NCBI GenBank assembly: GCA_964610055.1
Contig: CAZSUC010000001.1
Location: forward strand, 351,994-415,993
Source of the DNA: an uncultured Candidatus Saccharibacteria bacterium
Lineage (GTDB): Bacteria; Patescibacteriota; Andersenbacteria; UBA10190
Direction: 5' to 3'
Length of the DNA stretch: 64,000 nucleotides
How positions within the stretch are numbered: the stretch's first letter is position 1; each line of letters starts with the position of its first letter. The position numbers were made by a program, and so were the translations under genes. This document shows positions 39,418 to 49,146 of this stretch, piece by piece. The notes beneath the pieces are model-generated. The model had not been told where the DNA came from. It ran no database searches and saw only the letters and a program-made list of their open reading frames with translations.

Positions 39418-39699
39418 TTATGACCGTTGTTGCATGAAGCAGTCTCGGCAATATACTGGCTTACCTTCCGTAGGTTGGAAGGGCACGCGTGCCACTCCGC
39501 CGCATTTGGCGCAAGTAGTTTCAAACATTTGCCGATCGCCACCACCACCGCGATTATCGCGTTGTGGACGATGCTTAGCAAAACAATCCCGACAGTAAAT
39601 CGGGCGTCCTTGAGTAGGCTGAAAAGGAACTTGTGTTTCCTTTCCGCACTCAGAACAAACCGCGTCAAACGTCGGACGGTCGTCTCGATTATAACTCAC
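39418..39699 (-). CDS. tandem CxxC-x17-CxxC domain protein
   Basis: CSECGKETQVPFQPTQGRPIYCRDCF and CAKCGGVARVPFQPTEGKPVYCRDCF; SD AGGTGGTGA before a GTG start. Confidence 0.9.
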   Translation of the reverse strand: MSYNRDDRPTFDAVCSECGKETQVPFQPTQGRPIYCRDCFAKHRPQRDNRGGGGDRQMFETTCAKCGGVARVPFQPTEGKPVYCRDCFMQQRS

Positions 39700-39902
39700 T
39701 GATAATTCACCACCTTTCGACAAAGTTACCAACGAGGCCTACTTTGCCGCAGGCTGCTATGGCTCACGTGCAAAACTATCCTCTAACCACATCATTGAAT
39801 ATATCTAGAAAAAAGTCAAGGCCAAACCTATTTTGCCAAATGCCATTGAGATTATAGGCCTTGCTCGGTAAGATTAAACAACTAATCCTTCTTTACATAT
39901 TT

Positions 39903-40508
39903 ATGTCATTTTCGTTACCAGATTTGCCCTATGCTTATGATGCTTTAGAGCCTCATTTAGACGCACGCACTTTAGAAATTCATCACACCAAGCATCACCA
40001 AAAGTATACCGATAAACTGAATGAAGCCGTGACTGCGTATCCTGATTTATCTTCACGGACTATTGAAGATATCCTAACCCATTTAGATGCCATTCCGGAT
40101 GAAATTCGTGCCGCCGTCCGTAATCATGGCGGTGGTTACGCTAACCATAATTTTTTCTGGAAAATTATGGCACCAGCTAGCGGGGGAGAGCCAACTGGCG
40201 CCTTAGCTGATGCTCTAACCGCCACTTTTGGTTCTTTTACTGATTTTCAAACGAAGTTTAACGACGTTGCTGCTGGTCAATTTGGTAGCGGTTGGGGATG
40301 GTTAGTTATGGATTCTGATCGCAATCTCAAAATTATGAGTACATCTAATCAAGATTCTCCTTTGTCTAGTGGTCTAACGCCTTTATTAGCAGTTGATGTT
40401 TGGGAGCATTCTTATTATTTGCACTACCAAAATCGTCGTCCTGATTACATAACGGCTTGGTGGAATGTTGTCAATTGGGAAGCCGTAAGTCAGATCTTTA
40501 CCGCCTAA
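39903..40508 (+). CDS. sodA: Mn/Fe superoxide dismutase
   Basis: HHTKHH, NHGGGYANH, FGSGWGW and DVWEHSYY. Confidence 0.95.
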   Translation: MSFSLPDLPYAYDALEPHLDARTLEIHHTKHHQKYTDKLNEAVTAYPDLSSRTIEDILTHLDAIPDEIRAAVRNHGGGYANHNFFWKIMAPASGGEPTGALADALTATFGSFTDFQTKFNDVAAGQFGSGWGWLVMDSDRNLKIMSTSNQDSPLSSGLTPLLAVDVWEHSYYLHYQNRRPDYITAWWNVVNWEAVSQIFTA

Positions 40509-40562
40509 TATTTGCTCGCCCGCCCGCAACCAAGTACTCTAAAGGGGTACTTAAGTTGCGTT

Positions 40563-42104
40563 ATGGAAATTCGCCCCCAAATCAAACAATTAAAATCCGC
40601 TCCTGAAGAAACCCCGACCGTTGCTGGCGGGGAACCAATCACCGTCTCGCCGGCCACAAAACGCATTGCTTTTGCGTATGAGCGTTTTCGTAATACTTTA
40701 GAGCCAGAAGAAGCCGATATCTTACGCCGCCAAGCTATTGTTAGGATCTTGGTTCGTCGGTTAGGAGAAAATCGTCCTCCGCGAGTTTCTGCTGAACAGA
40801 TCTTGCAAGAGCTTATCCGCGCGAATTACATTCCTCCTGTTACTACCGTATCGATTCCGCCTGTCGCTCGGTATCTCGAAAAAATTCAATATTTACGTCA
40901 GCATCTTGATCCCGAGTTAACTGCTTGGTTCCTTAACATTGCTGCTGTTTCTATCGACCGTTTATTCTACCCCTGGACTCGTCAAGAAGGCTTAATTACT
41001 CTCATGTATCAGGATGTTTTTGGCCGGACTGAATGGATGGATGATCTGGTTGCACCAAAAGATCGTCCGACTCAAACTTATATTGCTTGTCATCGCGCTT
41101 TATTCGAAGCGGATGATTATGAGATTACTTACCACTACTTTGTTCATTATTTCCCTGAATGGACAGCTCCTGACGCTAAACCCGAACAACTTAATCGTAT
41201 TGTTCAAGATTTACCTGGTTTTTATGCTCGTCTTACCGAATCAATTAACCACTCTGGCCGCGATCGCCTTACTCGATTATTGCGTCCCGCTTCTGTGCCT
41301 TATCGTATTATTGGCGATTTACTTAAAACTCAGTCAGAAGATCAACTTGCTCGTCCGGAAGATCTAACTGCTGCGACTCAAGAAGCTGTCACTAAGCGAG
41401 CTCAAAAATTACGCAGCAGTATGGGGAAGAGAGCCTGGCATAGCATTCTCTTCTTGTTTTGTACTAAAACTGTTCTTGCTTTTTTGCTCGAAGTTCCATA
41501 TGAGCTATTAGCCGTCAGCGCGATTCATTGGTTAGCCTTAGCCATCAATATTGCTTTTCATCCTTTACTTTTGCTCTTTTTAACCGTTTCTGTCCGTTTG
41601 CCTGGCCATGACAACACCAGTCGCATTGCCGAACAACTACAAAAGATTATTAGCGGCACTGGCGAATTACCAACTATTATCATTCGTAAGCCGCGAAGTT
41701 ACGGAGCCGCAACCTGGACTGTTTTTGCTCTTTTTTATGTCATTCTTTTCTTGCTCATTTTCTGGGGAATCTTCAGTCTTCTTGGGCTCTTGCATTTCTC
41801 GCTCATGGCCATGTTTATGTTTGTCATGTTCTTAGGCTTAGTTAGTTTCTTGGCAATGCGTATTCGTCGTTCGGTTAATCAAATTCGCCTGATCCCTGCT
41901 CGCGAAGGCGCTTTAGGAGCGTTTGTTACTTTCCTTAGTTTGCCAATTTTAGAATTCGGTCGTTGGCTTGCTCAAAACATCCAACAATTAAACGTTTTTC
42001 TTTTCTTCATGGATCATATTTTAGAAGCTCCCTTTAAAATTCTGATTGATATTATTGAAGAGTGGTTTGATTTTGTTCGTGACCGTCAGGAAGAAATCGC
42101 TTAA
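40563..42104 (+). CDS. conserved hypothetical membrane protein
   Basis: YE..RN.L...E..ILRR.AI.RIL.RR N-domain and 4-5 C-terminal TMs. Confidence 0.75.
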   Translation: MEIRPQIKQLKSAPEETPTVAGGEPITVSPATKRIAFAYERFRNTLEPEEADILRRQAIVRILVRRLGENRPPRVSAEQILQELIRANYIPPVTTVSIPPVARYLEKIQYLRQHLDPELTAWFLNIAAVSIDRLFYPWTRQEGLITLMYQDVFGRTEWMDDLVAPKDRPTQTYIACHRALFEADDYEITYHYFVHYFPEWTAPDAKPEQLNRIVQDLPGFYARLTESINHSGRDRLTRLLRPASVPYRIIGDLLKTQSEDQLARPEDLTAATQEAVTKRAQKLRSSMGKRAWHSILFLFCTKTVLAFLLEVPYELLAVSAIHWLALAINIAFHPLLLLFLTVSVRLPGHDNTSRIAEQLQKIISGTGELPTIIIRKPRSYGAATWTVFALFYVILFLLIFWGIFSLLGLLHFSLMAMFMFVMFLGLVSFLAMRIRRSVNQIRLIPAREGALGAFVTFLSLPILEFGRWLAQNIQQLNVFLFFMDHILEAPFKILIDIIEEWFDFVRDRQEEIA

Positions 42105-42127
42105 CAAAAACATGCTATACTGTTCTC

Positions 42128-43171
42128 ATGACGTTCGCTGACCTCCTTTTTTTAATTCTCGGAATCGGGTTTGGAGGCGCTGTTATTCTGCTCTTTACTC
42201 GTCGCTCGTCTAATGGATCGCATGATAATCAAAATTTAGTTGATTTTGAGCGTCACCTGTCCGAACGCTTTGATCGCGTTACTTCTCAAATCGATGCTCG
42301 TCTTCGTGAGAATGTTCGTGCTATGGATTCTTCCAAATCCTTTTTAGCTGATCGTGTTAACCATACCGAGCGAGCTGTTCGCGAAGTGACTGCTAACTTA
42401 TCCCGCCTTCAACAAGCAACTAGTGCCCTGAAAGACAGCACTGATGAAATTAGTAGTTTTCAAAACCTGCTTAAAAATCCCAAAATTCGTGGCGGCTTTG
42501 GCGAAGTCCTCTTAAATAATCTTTTAGGCGATGTTTTGCCACGTGATCGCTACGAAATCCAGTATCCTTTGGGCAGCAACAATGAAATTTGTGACGCAAT
42601 TATTAAGCTGCAAGACGGTTACATTGTCGCTATCGACGCTAAATTTCCTCTGGCTAATTACGAAGCTTACTCGGCCGAACCTGATCCTGATCGCAAACGT
42701 ACTATCCGTACTCAATTAATTCGCGACGTTAAAAAGCACGTTACTGATATCAGTCGCAAATACATTTCTCCACGTGATCATACTTTAGATTACGCTTTCA
42801 TGTATGTTCCTATGGAAGGTGTCTATTACGAAACCATGGTACAACAAGGCCAAGAAAGTGGGGGATTATGGGACTATTGCATGCAAGCCCGCGTTGTTCC
42901 GGTTTCGCCCAATAGTATCCTAGCTTATTTGCACACTATTTTAGTTGGACTTCGCGGTATGAAAATTCAAGAACAAGCTAAAGATATTTTGGAGCACTTA
43001 GGCCAATTGCATCAAGATTTTGTCAATTTTAGTGATGATTTTTCTGTTATCGGGAAACACTTAACCAATGCTCGTAATAAATACGATGAATCTACCCGAC
43101 GTTTAGACAAAATCACTAATCGTTTGGATCAAATTGGCACTAACGTCACTCCAGCCGAGCTCGACGAATAA
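42128..43171 (+). CDS. rmuC: DNA recombination protein RmuC
   Basis: N-terminal TM and coiled coil; RGGFGE, IDAKFPL, ISRKYI, MYVP.E and VSP. Confidence 0.92.
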   Translation: MTFADLLFLILGIGFGGAVILLFTRRSSNGSHDNQNLVDFERHLSERFDRVTSQIDARLRENVRAMDSSKSFLADRVNHTERAVREVTANLSRLQQATSALKDSTDEISSFQNLLKNPKIRGGFGEVLLNNLLGDVLPRDRYEIQYPLGSNNEICDAIIKLQDGYIVAIDAKFPLANYEAYSAEPDPDRKRTIRTQLIRDVKKHVTDISRKYISPRDHTLDYAFMYVPMEGVYYETMVQQGQESGGLWDYCMQARVVPVSPNSILAYLHTILVGLRGMKIQEQAKDILEHLGQLHQDFVNFSDDFSVIGKHLTNARNKYDESTRRLDKITNRLDQIGTNVTPAELDE

Positions 43172-43222
43172 ATGTGCATAAATCGGATCTCCCGTTATTG
43201 TACGTCTTTTGTTATTATATAT

Positions 43223-43238
43223 ACGTTCGGGCAAACAT
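43223..43238. promoter_or_regulatory. candidate LexA operator
   Basis: Imperfect palindrome ACGTTCG-GG-CAAACAT just upstream of lexA. Confidence 0.4.
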
Positions 43239-43259
43239 TTCACACACTAATTTATATTT

Positions 43260-43868
43260 ATGGCCTATAGCGATTTGACCAAGCGGCAAAGTGAAACTCT
43301 GAATTACATTCGAGAGTTTCTTTCTCAACATAATTACGCACCTAGTTATCGTGATATTATGCGCGGCACTAAAATTAATTCTCCAGCGACCGCCTATGCT
43401 CATGTTCAAGCCTTACGCGATAAAGGCTACCTTAAATTAACTGATGGCCAAATGCGTTCAGTTGAACTTACGGAAAAATCCAATGTCTTTACTCGTGGAG
43501 TCGAGCTGCCTTTAGTCGGCTCTATCGCTGCTGGTCAGCCGATTGAAGCAATTGAAAACCGTGAATCAATTGCCGTCCCGCTCGAATTGTTACCAAATTT
43601 AAATTGTTACGTTTTACAGGTCAAAGGTGAATCCATGATCGAAGACGGAATTTTAGACGGAGATTATGTGATTGTTGAACGTTCTTTTTATCCCGAAAAT
43701 GGCGATGTCGTTGTTGCTCTGCTCGATAATGAAAATGCTACTCTCAAACGATTCTATCGAGAGAAAACACGTATCCGGTTACAGCCAGCTAATAAAAAAA
43801 TGAAACCTATTTACACTCGCAATCCGATGATTCAAGGTGTTGTCCGCGGAGTTTTGCGCCGATACTAA
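43260..43868 (+). CDS. lexA: SOS repressor LexA
   Basis: PSYRDI HTH, IAAG cleavage site, GESM (Ser) and TLKR (Lys). Confidence 0.96.
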   Translation: MAYSDLTKRQSETLNYIREFLSQHNYAPSYRDIMRGTKINSPATAYAHVQALRDKGYLKLTDGQMRSVELTEKSNVFTRGVELPLVGSIAAGQPIEAIENRESIAVPLELLPNLNCYVLQVKGESMIEDGILDGDYVIVERSFYPENGDVVVALLDNENATLKRFYREKTRIRLQPANKKMKPIYTRNPMIQGVVRGVLRRY

Positions 43869-43910
43869 ATTGATTTGGCAGTTCATCCAAAACTGCCATA
43901 CTCTAAAATC

Positions 43911-44357
43911 ATGCGCTTAGTCATTGACACCAACGTCTTAATTAACGCTTACGACGATGATTTTAGTTCCTCGGCTAAATTGCTTAATGCGATAGCAAAA
44001 GGGGATATTACTGCTTTGCTTACCTCGGCTACTAAACTGGAATATCAAAATATATTACAGCGGCTAATTCCAGATCAAACTTATCAAGACCGTGTTAATC
44101 ATATCATTTCCCATATGCATTCCGTGACCCCGGAACATGTTTCGGTTACTATCGATGATCACGAAGATCTAAAATTTATCGCCGCCGCTGTTGGCGGCCA
44201 AGCTGATGCTTTAGTTACTAACGATCGTCATTTGTTAGATATTGGGGAAATCAACCAGATTCCTATTATTACTCCTCATGAAGCCTGGATACGCTTTGAT
44301 GAAAATTCTGGCTCATCTAGTGAATGGAATCAGTGGATGCAAGGGTTAGGTTTATAA
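43911..44357 (+). CDS. PIN-domain protein
   Basis: MRLVIDTNVL, EY, D.EDLKF and LVTNDRHLL. Confidence 0.88.
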   Translation: MRLVIDTNVLINAYDDDFSSSAKLLNAIAKGDITALLTSATKLEYQNILQRLIPDQTYQDRVNHIISHMHSVTPEHVSVTIDDHEDLKFIAAAVGGQADALVTNDRHLLDIGEINQIPIITPHEAWIRFDENSGSSSEWNQWMQGLGL

Positions 44358-44378
44358 CCTGGTATAATATTCGTAGCT

Positions 44379-45638
44379 ATGTCTGCTCGCTTTTTCTCCC
44401 TCCTTTTTCTTTGTCTTCTTTTTAGTTGTTTCACTCATTATCCTGTTCTCGCCGCGACTTCTGACGATATTGCCGCTAAAAAAGCTGAAATTGAAGCACT
44501 AACTGCCAAAATCACCGAACTTAAAACTAAACATTCTGAGACTGCAGAAGAAGCTGAGCTGATCGCGAGCCAAGTCAAGCGGCTCGAAGCTTCTATCGCT
44601 AAAACTAAATTAGAATTAAATCAAACAAAAGCCGATGTTATTGCTGTTCAGGAAGAAAAATCCGATAACGAATCTACTATCGCTGATTTAGAAACTCAGC
44701 TAGAAAATAAGCGCGCTCAACTCAAACAACTAATTCGCACCCTTTATTCCAAAGAACAATCATCTATTATCACTATTTTTCTTAATACTGACAGTTTCAG
44801 TGACGTCTTAGCTGAGCGCGCCGCTATCCAACAGTTACAAGATCAAAGTATTGCTTTAGTTCAAGAATTACGTGCTCAAGCCGAAGAACTTGATCAGCGC
44901 CAAGATGAATTATCTCAGCAAGAAGATGATCTGTCTCAGCTTCAACGAATGCAAGCTGCTCAGCAGGCCGAACTTAAGCAACAAGAAGCTGAAAGCCGCG
45001 CATTTCTCCAGTCAAAAAAAGAAGAGCAATTACAATACGAACAAAAAATTGCAGAAGCAGAAGCAGCTCGCCAAGAAATTGAAGCCGACGTTTTTTCCTT
45101 ACAGGGAGCTGGTGCGGTTAAAGTTAAACTGACTGAAGCCACCGATATTGCTAAATACGCCTCTCAGTTGACTGGCGTACGTCCTGCCTTATTACTTGCC
45201 GTCTTAAAAGTTGAATCTAATTTAGGTAAAAATATTGGTTCAGGCCAGTATCCTGATGATATGCAGCCCGCTAGTCGCGAGCCTTTTCTGCGTATTACTG
45301 CCAAACTTGGTCTTGATCCGTACACTGCCCCAATTTCCGCTCGACCGCGCAGTGGTGTTGGTTGGGGTGGGGCGATGGGACCAGCGCAAATTATGCCGCA
45401 AACATGGGAGGGGATTGCTGATCGGTTAGCGCAACTCTTAGGTAAAACTATAGCTGACCCCTATGAGCTAACTGATGCCTTTGTTGCGACCGCTATTTTT
45501 CTAGCTGATCGCGGTGCTGCTGACCCTGCTCTTGAATATGAAGCCGTTAATCGTTATTTAGCTGGGCCGAACTGGCAAAAATTCACTTGGTATGGAGATC
45601 GAGTTATGGCTGTTGCCAAAGAATATGAAAACATCTAG
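44379..45638 (+). CDS. secreted coiled-coil + lytic transglycosylase-like protein
   Basis: Signal peptide and PcsB-like coiled coil; VESNLG and GGAMGPAQIMP.TW. Confidence 0.85.
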   Translation: MSARFFSLLFLCLLFSCFTHYPVLAATSDDIAAKKAEIEALTAKITELKTKHSETAEEAELIASQVKRLEASIAKTKLELNQTKADVIAVQEEKSDNESTIADLETQLENKRAQLKQLIRTLYSKEQSSIITIFLNTDSFSDVLAERAAIQQLQDQSIALVQELRAQAEELDQRQDELSQQEDDLSQLQRMQAAQQAELKQQEAESRAFLQSKKEEQLQYEQKIAEAEAARQEIEADVFSLQGAGAVKVKLTEATDIAKYASQLTGVRPALLLAVLKVESNLGKNIGSGQYPDDMQPASREPFLRITAKLGLDPYTAPISARPRSGVGWGGAMGPAQIMPQTWEGIADRLAQLLGKTIADPYELTDAFVATAIFLADRGAADPALEYEAVNRYLAGPNWQKFTWYGDRVMAVAKEYENI

Positions 45639-45972
45639 CCGCTTACAATTATCCTTATGGATTTTTTTACTTGTTTTTAGTTTCGTCTTAAACGGTTTGC
45701 TTTGGTTTGGGGCTCATCAATATTTTACGCCTGACAGTACAACTACGGTTTTGCATTATAACGCCGATTTTGGGATTGACTTTATTGGTGACAGCTCCAA
45801 TATTAATGTTCTGCCCCAAATTGGGGTCATTCTTTGCCTCTTTAATCTATTAGTTGGTCTAGCTATTTTTCGAGTCGAGCCTCGTTCTGCCTGGGTTCTT
45901 TGGTTTACGAGCCCATTCTTACAAATTGGCTTAGCTATTTCCTTATATGTAATTTGGCGTATTAATAACTAA
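45625..45972 (+). CDS. three-TM membrane protein (DUF1648-like)
   Basis: LHYN..FGID motif between TMs. Confidence 0.7.
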   Translation: MKTSSRLQLSLWIFLLVFSFVLNGLLWFGAHQYFTPDSTTTVLHYNADFGIDFIGDSSNINVLPQIGVILCLFNLLVGLAIFRVEPRSAWVLWFTSPFLQIGLAISLYVIWRINN

Positions 45973-45975
45973 ACT

Positions 45976-47634
45976 ATGTCTCGTACTATTGCTCTCGAAA
46001 TCCCTGTTTCTCATTGGCGTCAACGTATATATGAAATTTTACCCGGAGCGCTTTCTTGGGGCACTCTAATCGGTTTAACAGTCTTGTCATTCGTTTTGCC
46101 CTTTTGGATTTCCATTTTTGTTATTTTATATGACCTCTATATTTTGACTCGCATTGTCTATATGTCGGTTCACTTATTTTATGCATATCGACGCTTGCGT
46201 CGCGAACAATCAGTTGATTGGCTTGCTCGTTGTCAAGCTGTTTCTGGTGACATTGATGATTATTTATCTCGTTTAGATCAAAATATTCAAACTAATTGTG
46301 AATTACTCGGATCACGTCACCAAAAAGTTAAAGAGTTACGAACTCATCGAGAACAAGTTCAAGGGATCAAATCTAGCCACTTAACCGTTCTCTCCTGGGA
46401 TCAGGTTCATCACATTATCATTTACCCCACATACAATGAATCCTTAACCGTTCTTCGGCATTCTTTGCATGCTTTATTGGATTGTTCTTTCCCGCACGAA
46501 CATTTACATGTTGTTGTTGGGTTTGAAGAGCGGTTAGGGCCAGAAGCTCACACTAAAGCTACTGCTTTAACCCATGAATTTAGTCAGCATTTTGGTACTT
46601 TTCTGACTACTTTTCATCCTGACGGTTTGCCCGGTGAAACACGCGTGAAAAGCGCCAATGCCTCTTGGGCAGTTAAAGCTATGGAAAAAGAACTTTTACG
46701 GCAAGGCATTCCAATTGAACATATTTTAGTTAGTAATTTTGATAGCGATACTGTTGTTGGTCCGCAATATTTTGCCTACTTAACCTATGCTTTTATTACA
46801 CATCCTGATCGTTATCACGTTAGCTACCAGCCATTACCTTTATATAATAACAACATTTGGGATGCGCCTAGCTTTTCTCGCATTACAGCCGCTGGATCTA
46901 CTTTTTGGCAAATGATCGAGGCTACGCGTCCTGAACGTTTAGTTACATTTTCTAGCCACAGCATGTCGCTCAAGGCTTTGCGAGAAGTTGGTTATTGGCA
47001 AACAAATATTGTTTCAGAAGATTCACGTATCTTTTGGCAATGTCTCTTGCATTACGATGGTCATTACCGAACTCACCCTCTTTTTACTACGGTTTCTATG
47101 GACGCCGCTCTGGCTGATAATTGGTGGCAAACACTCAAAAATCAGTATAAACAGAAACGTCGTTGGGCGTGGGGAATTGAAAACTTTCCTTACTTAGCCG
47201 AAGGTTTCCGTAATAACCCGCGCATCTCTTTTCGCACTAAATTTACTTACATTTATCGAACTTTAGAAGGGCACCATTCCTGGGTAACTGCTCCTATCAT
47301 TTTAGCCGGACTAGGTTGGTTGCCAGTTATTTTTGGCGGCCCAGAATTTCAAACCACTGTTCTTTCGTATAATTTGCCATATATTACGCGTGCCATTATG
47401 TCGATCGCCATGGGCGGACTTGTTGTGACCATGGCTTTAAGTTTAGTTCTATTACCTCCTCGGCCAGCTAACTCTAGTCGTTGGCGTTATTCCGGCATGA
47501 TTCTGCAATGGATTTTAGCTCCTTTCATTGCCACTATTTTGTCTTCCTTTCCTGCTCTTGATTCCGAAACACGTCTCATGTTAGGTCGCGACTATCAATT
47601 TAATGTTATGGTGAAGTCTCGTCGCAAGCATTAA
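45976..47634 (+). CDS. GT2 processive glycosyltransferase
   Basis: PTYNE, DSD, SED and QKRRW motifs with flanking TMs. Confidence 0.88.
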   Translation: MSRTIALEIPVSHWRQRIYEILPGALSWGTLIGLTVLSFVLPFWISIFVILYDLYILTRIVYMSVHLFYAYRRLRREQSVDWLARCQAVSGDIDDYLSRLDQNIQTNCELLGSRHQKVKELRTHREQVQGIKSSHLTVLSWDQVHHIIIYPTYNESLTVLRHSLHALLDCSFPHEHLHVVVGFEERLGPEAHTKATALTHEFSQHFGTFLTTFHPDGLPGETRVKSANASWAVKAMEKELLRQGIPIEHILVSNFDSDTVVGPQYFAYLTYAFITHPDRYHVSYQPLPLYNNNIWDAPSFSRITAAGSTFWQMIEATRPERLVTFSSHSMSLKALREVGYWQTNIVSEDSRIFWQCLLHYDGHYRTHPLFTTVSMDAALADNWWQTLKNQYKQKRRWAWGIENFPYLAEGFRNNPRISFRTKFTYIYRTLEGHHSWVTAPIILAGLGWLPVIFGGPEFQTTVLSYNLPYITRAIMSIAMGGLVVTMALSLVLLPPRPANSSRWRYSGMILQWILAPFIATILSSFPALDSETRLMLGRDYQFNVMVKSRRKH

Positions 47635-47644
47635 TTTTATTAAC

Positions 47645-48667
47645 ATGTCGCTTGATTTTTCTCTGCTCACGCCATCATCTCTCCTAAATTTTTTAATTGC
47701 TTTTCTACTAACTTTTGCAGTCATTGCTTGGCTTCTAAAGCGTCAACATCCAATTTTACGTTCCGTTCCTGGTGTCACTAATGTCTACTACGCCGGAGCT
47801 ATTCTTGTCGGCGTTATTGTATCCTTGTCATATTTTGTTATTGCCGATCCCTCCCTAATCATTGGTTTGCTTGCCGCTTCCTTCTTTATTCTTTTCATTG
47901 GTATTCGCGACGAAAACACCCCTCTTTCTCCTGGACAGCAGCTTACTTGGCAAATCGTTATTGCTCTCTTAGCTGTTAGTTGGGGATGGGTTATTCAATA
48001 TGTCAGTCATCCTAGCGGTTCCGGAATAATTTTTCTTAATCAGTTGTCATGGGGACCGTTCATTTGGCCGGGAACTATTATTACTGTGATTTGGCTACTA
48101 CTACTCATGAATGCCATGAATTGGCTCGACGGATCCGACGGCTTAGCTGCTGGAGTTGGTACAATTGCTTTTTTAGCTCTTGGCGCTGTTGCGCTTTTGC
48201 CTTCTATTTATGACACTCGTACTCTAACTTTGGCTTTAATTGGAGCCGGTGCTTTTTCTGGATTCTTAATTTGGAATTTTCCGCGAGCACGAGTTTATTT
48301 AGGCACTACCGGTAGCTGGTTTCTTGGTCTTTATTTAGGATTGGTTGCCCTTTTAAGCGGGGGAAAAATAGTTACAACTTTATTAGTCTTAGCTTGGCCT
48401 GTATTTGATCTTATGTTTGTTGCTCTAGAACGCTTTTTAAAACATCAGCCGCCGTGGCAAGGGGATACCACAACTCACCTGCATCATCGTTTACTTAACC
48501 ATGGTTTTAGTCCGCGCACTCTTGCGCTTGGTGCTATTAGTGCCACTATTTTATTTAGTGCGCTTGCACTCATCCTTCAAACTAAATTCAAACTCTTGGC
48601 ACTAGTTATCATGGCCGGTATGATGGCTATAATCGGATTTCGCATCTTTCTTCCTCGTCATGACTAA
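47645..48667 (+). CDS. MraY/WecA-family prenyl-phosphate sugar-1-phosphate transferase
   Basis: NAMNWLDGSDGLA, WNFPRARVYLG and HLHHRL. Confidence 0.9.
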   Translation: MSLDFSLLTPSSLLNFLIAFLLTFAVIAWLLKRQHPILRSVPGVTNVYYAGAILVGVIVSLSYFVIADPSLIIGLLAASFFILFIGIRDENTPLSPGQQLTWQIVIALLAVSWGWVIQYVSHPSGSGIIFLNQLSWGPFIWPGTIITVIWLLLLMNAMNWLDGSDGLAAGVGTIAFLALGAVALLPSIYDTRTLTLALIGAGAFSGFLIWNFPRARVYLGTTGSWFLGLYLGLVALLSGGKIVTTLLVLAWPVFDLMFVALERFLKHQPPWQGDTTTHLHHRLLNHGFSPRTLALGAISATILFSALALILQTKFKLLALVIMAGMMAIIGFRIFLPRHD

Positions 48668-49127
48668 TCGTCATATCCTTATCTTGTCTGTTGGTGGCGC
48701 GCTAATTATGTGCGCTGTGATCTGGGCTGGTTGGAGTATGCGTAATTTAGATTGTCGCGATTTTGATGAAGCAACTGTCATGATCAACAACCATTCATAT
48801 AACATGGCTTTAGCTGACACTGATACTGAACGGGCCCAAGGTTTACAAGCTTGTCATACTATTCCCGATGATAGCGGCATGCTCTTTATTCTATCCGAAC
48901 GTGAAATACCTGGTTTCTGGATGAAAAGCATGGTTATTCCGCTTGATATCATTTGGATTCGGGATGGTAAAGTTGTTGGTTTAGAAAATAATGTTCCGCC
49001 CCTAACTAATCAAACCGACAATCCTCTGATTTACTCTCCTGATGTTCCGATTGATGCGGTTATTGAGGTTCCGGCTAATCAAGCGGCGAAATTTGGATTA
49101 ACCCTTGGTGCTTCGGTGCAATACTAA
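48660..49127 (+). CDS. DUF192 domain protein
   Basis: ADT..ER.QGL, GMLF and FWMK.M.IPLDIIW. Confidence 0.9.
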   Translation: MTNRHILILSVGGALIMCAVIWAGWSMRNLDCRDFDEATVMINNHSYNMALADTDTERAQGLQACHTIPDDSGMLFILSEREIPGFWMKSMVIPLDIIWIRDGKVVGLENNVPPLTNQTDNPLIYSPDVPIDAVIEVPANQAAKFGLTLGASVQY

Positions 49128-49146
49128 CATGTAGTATAATAATCAC

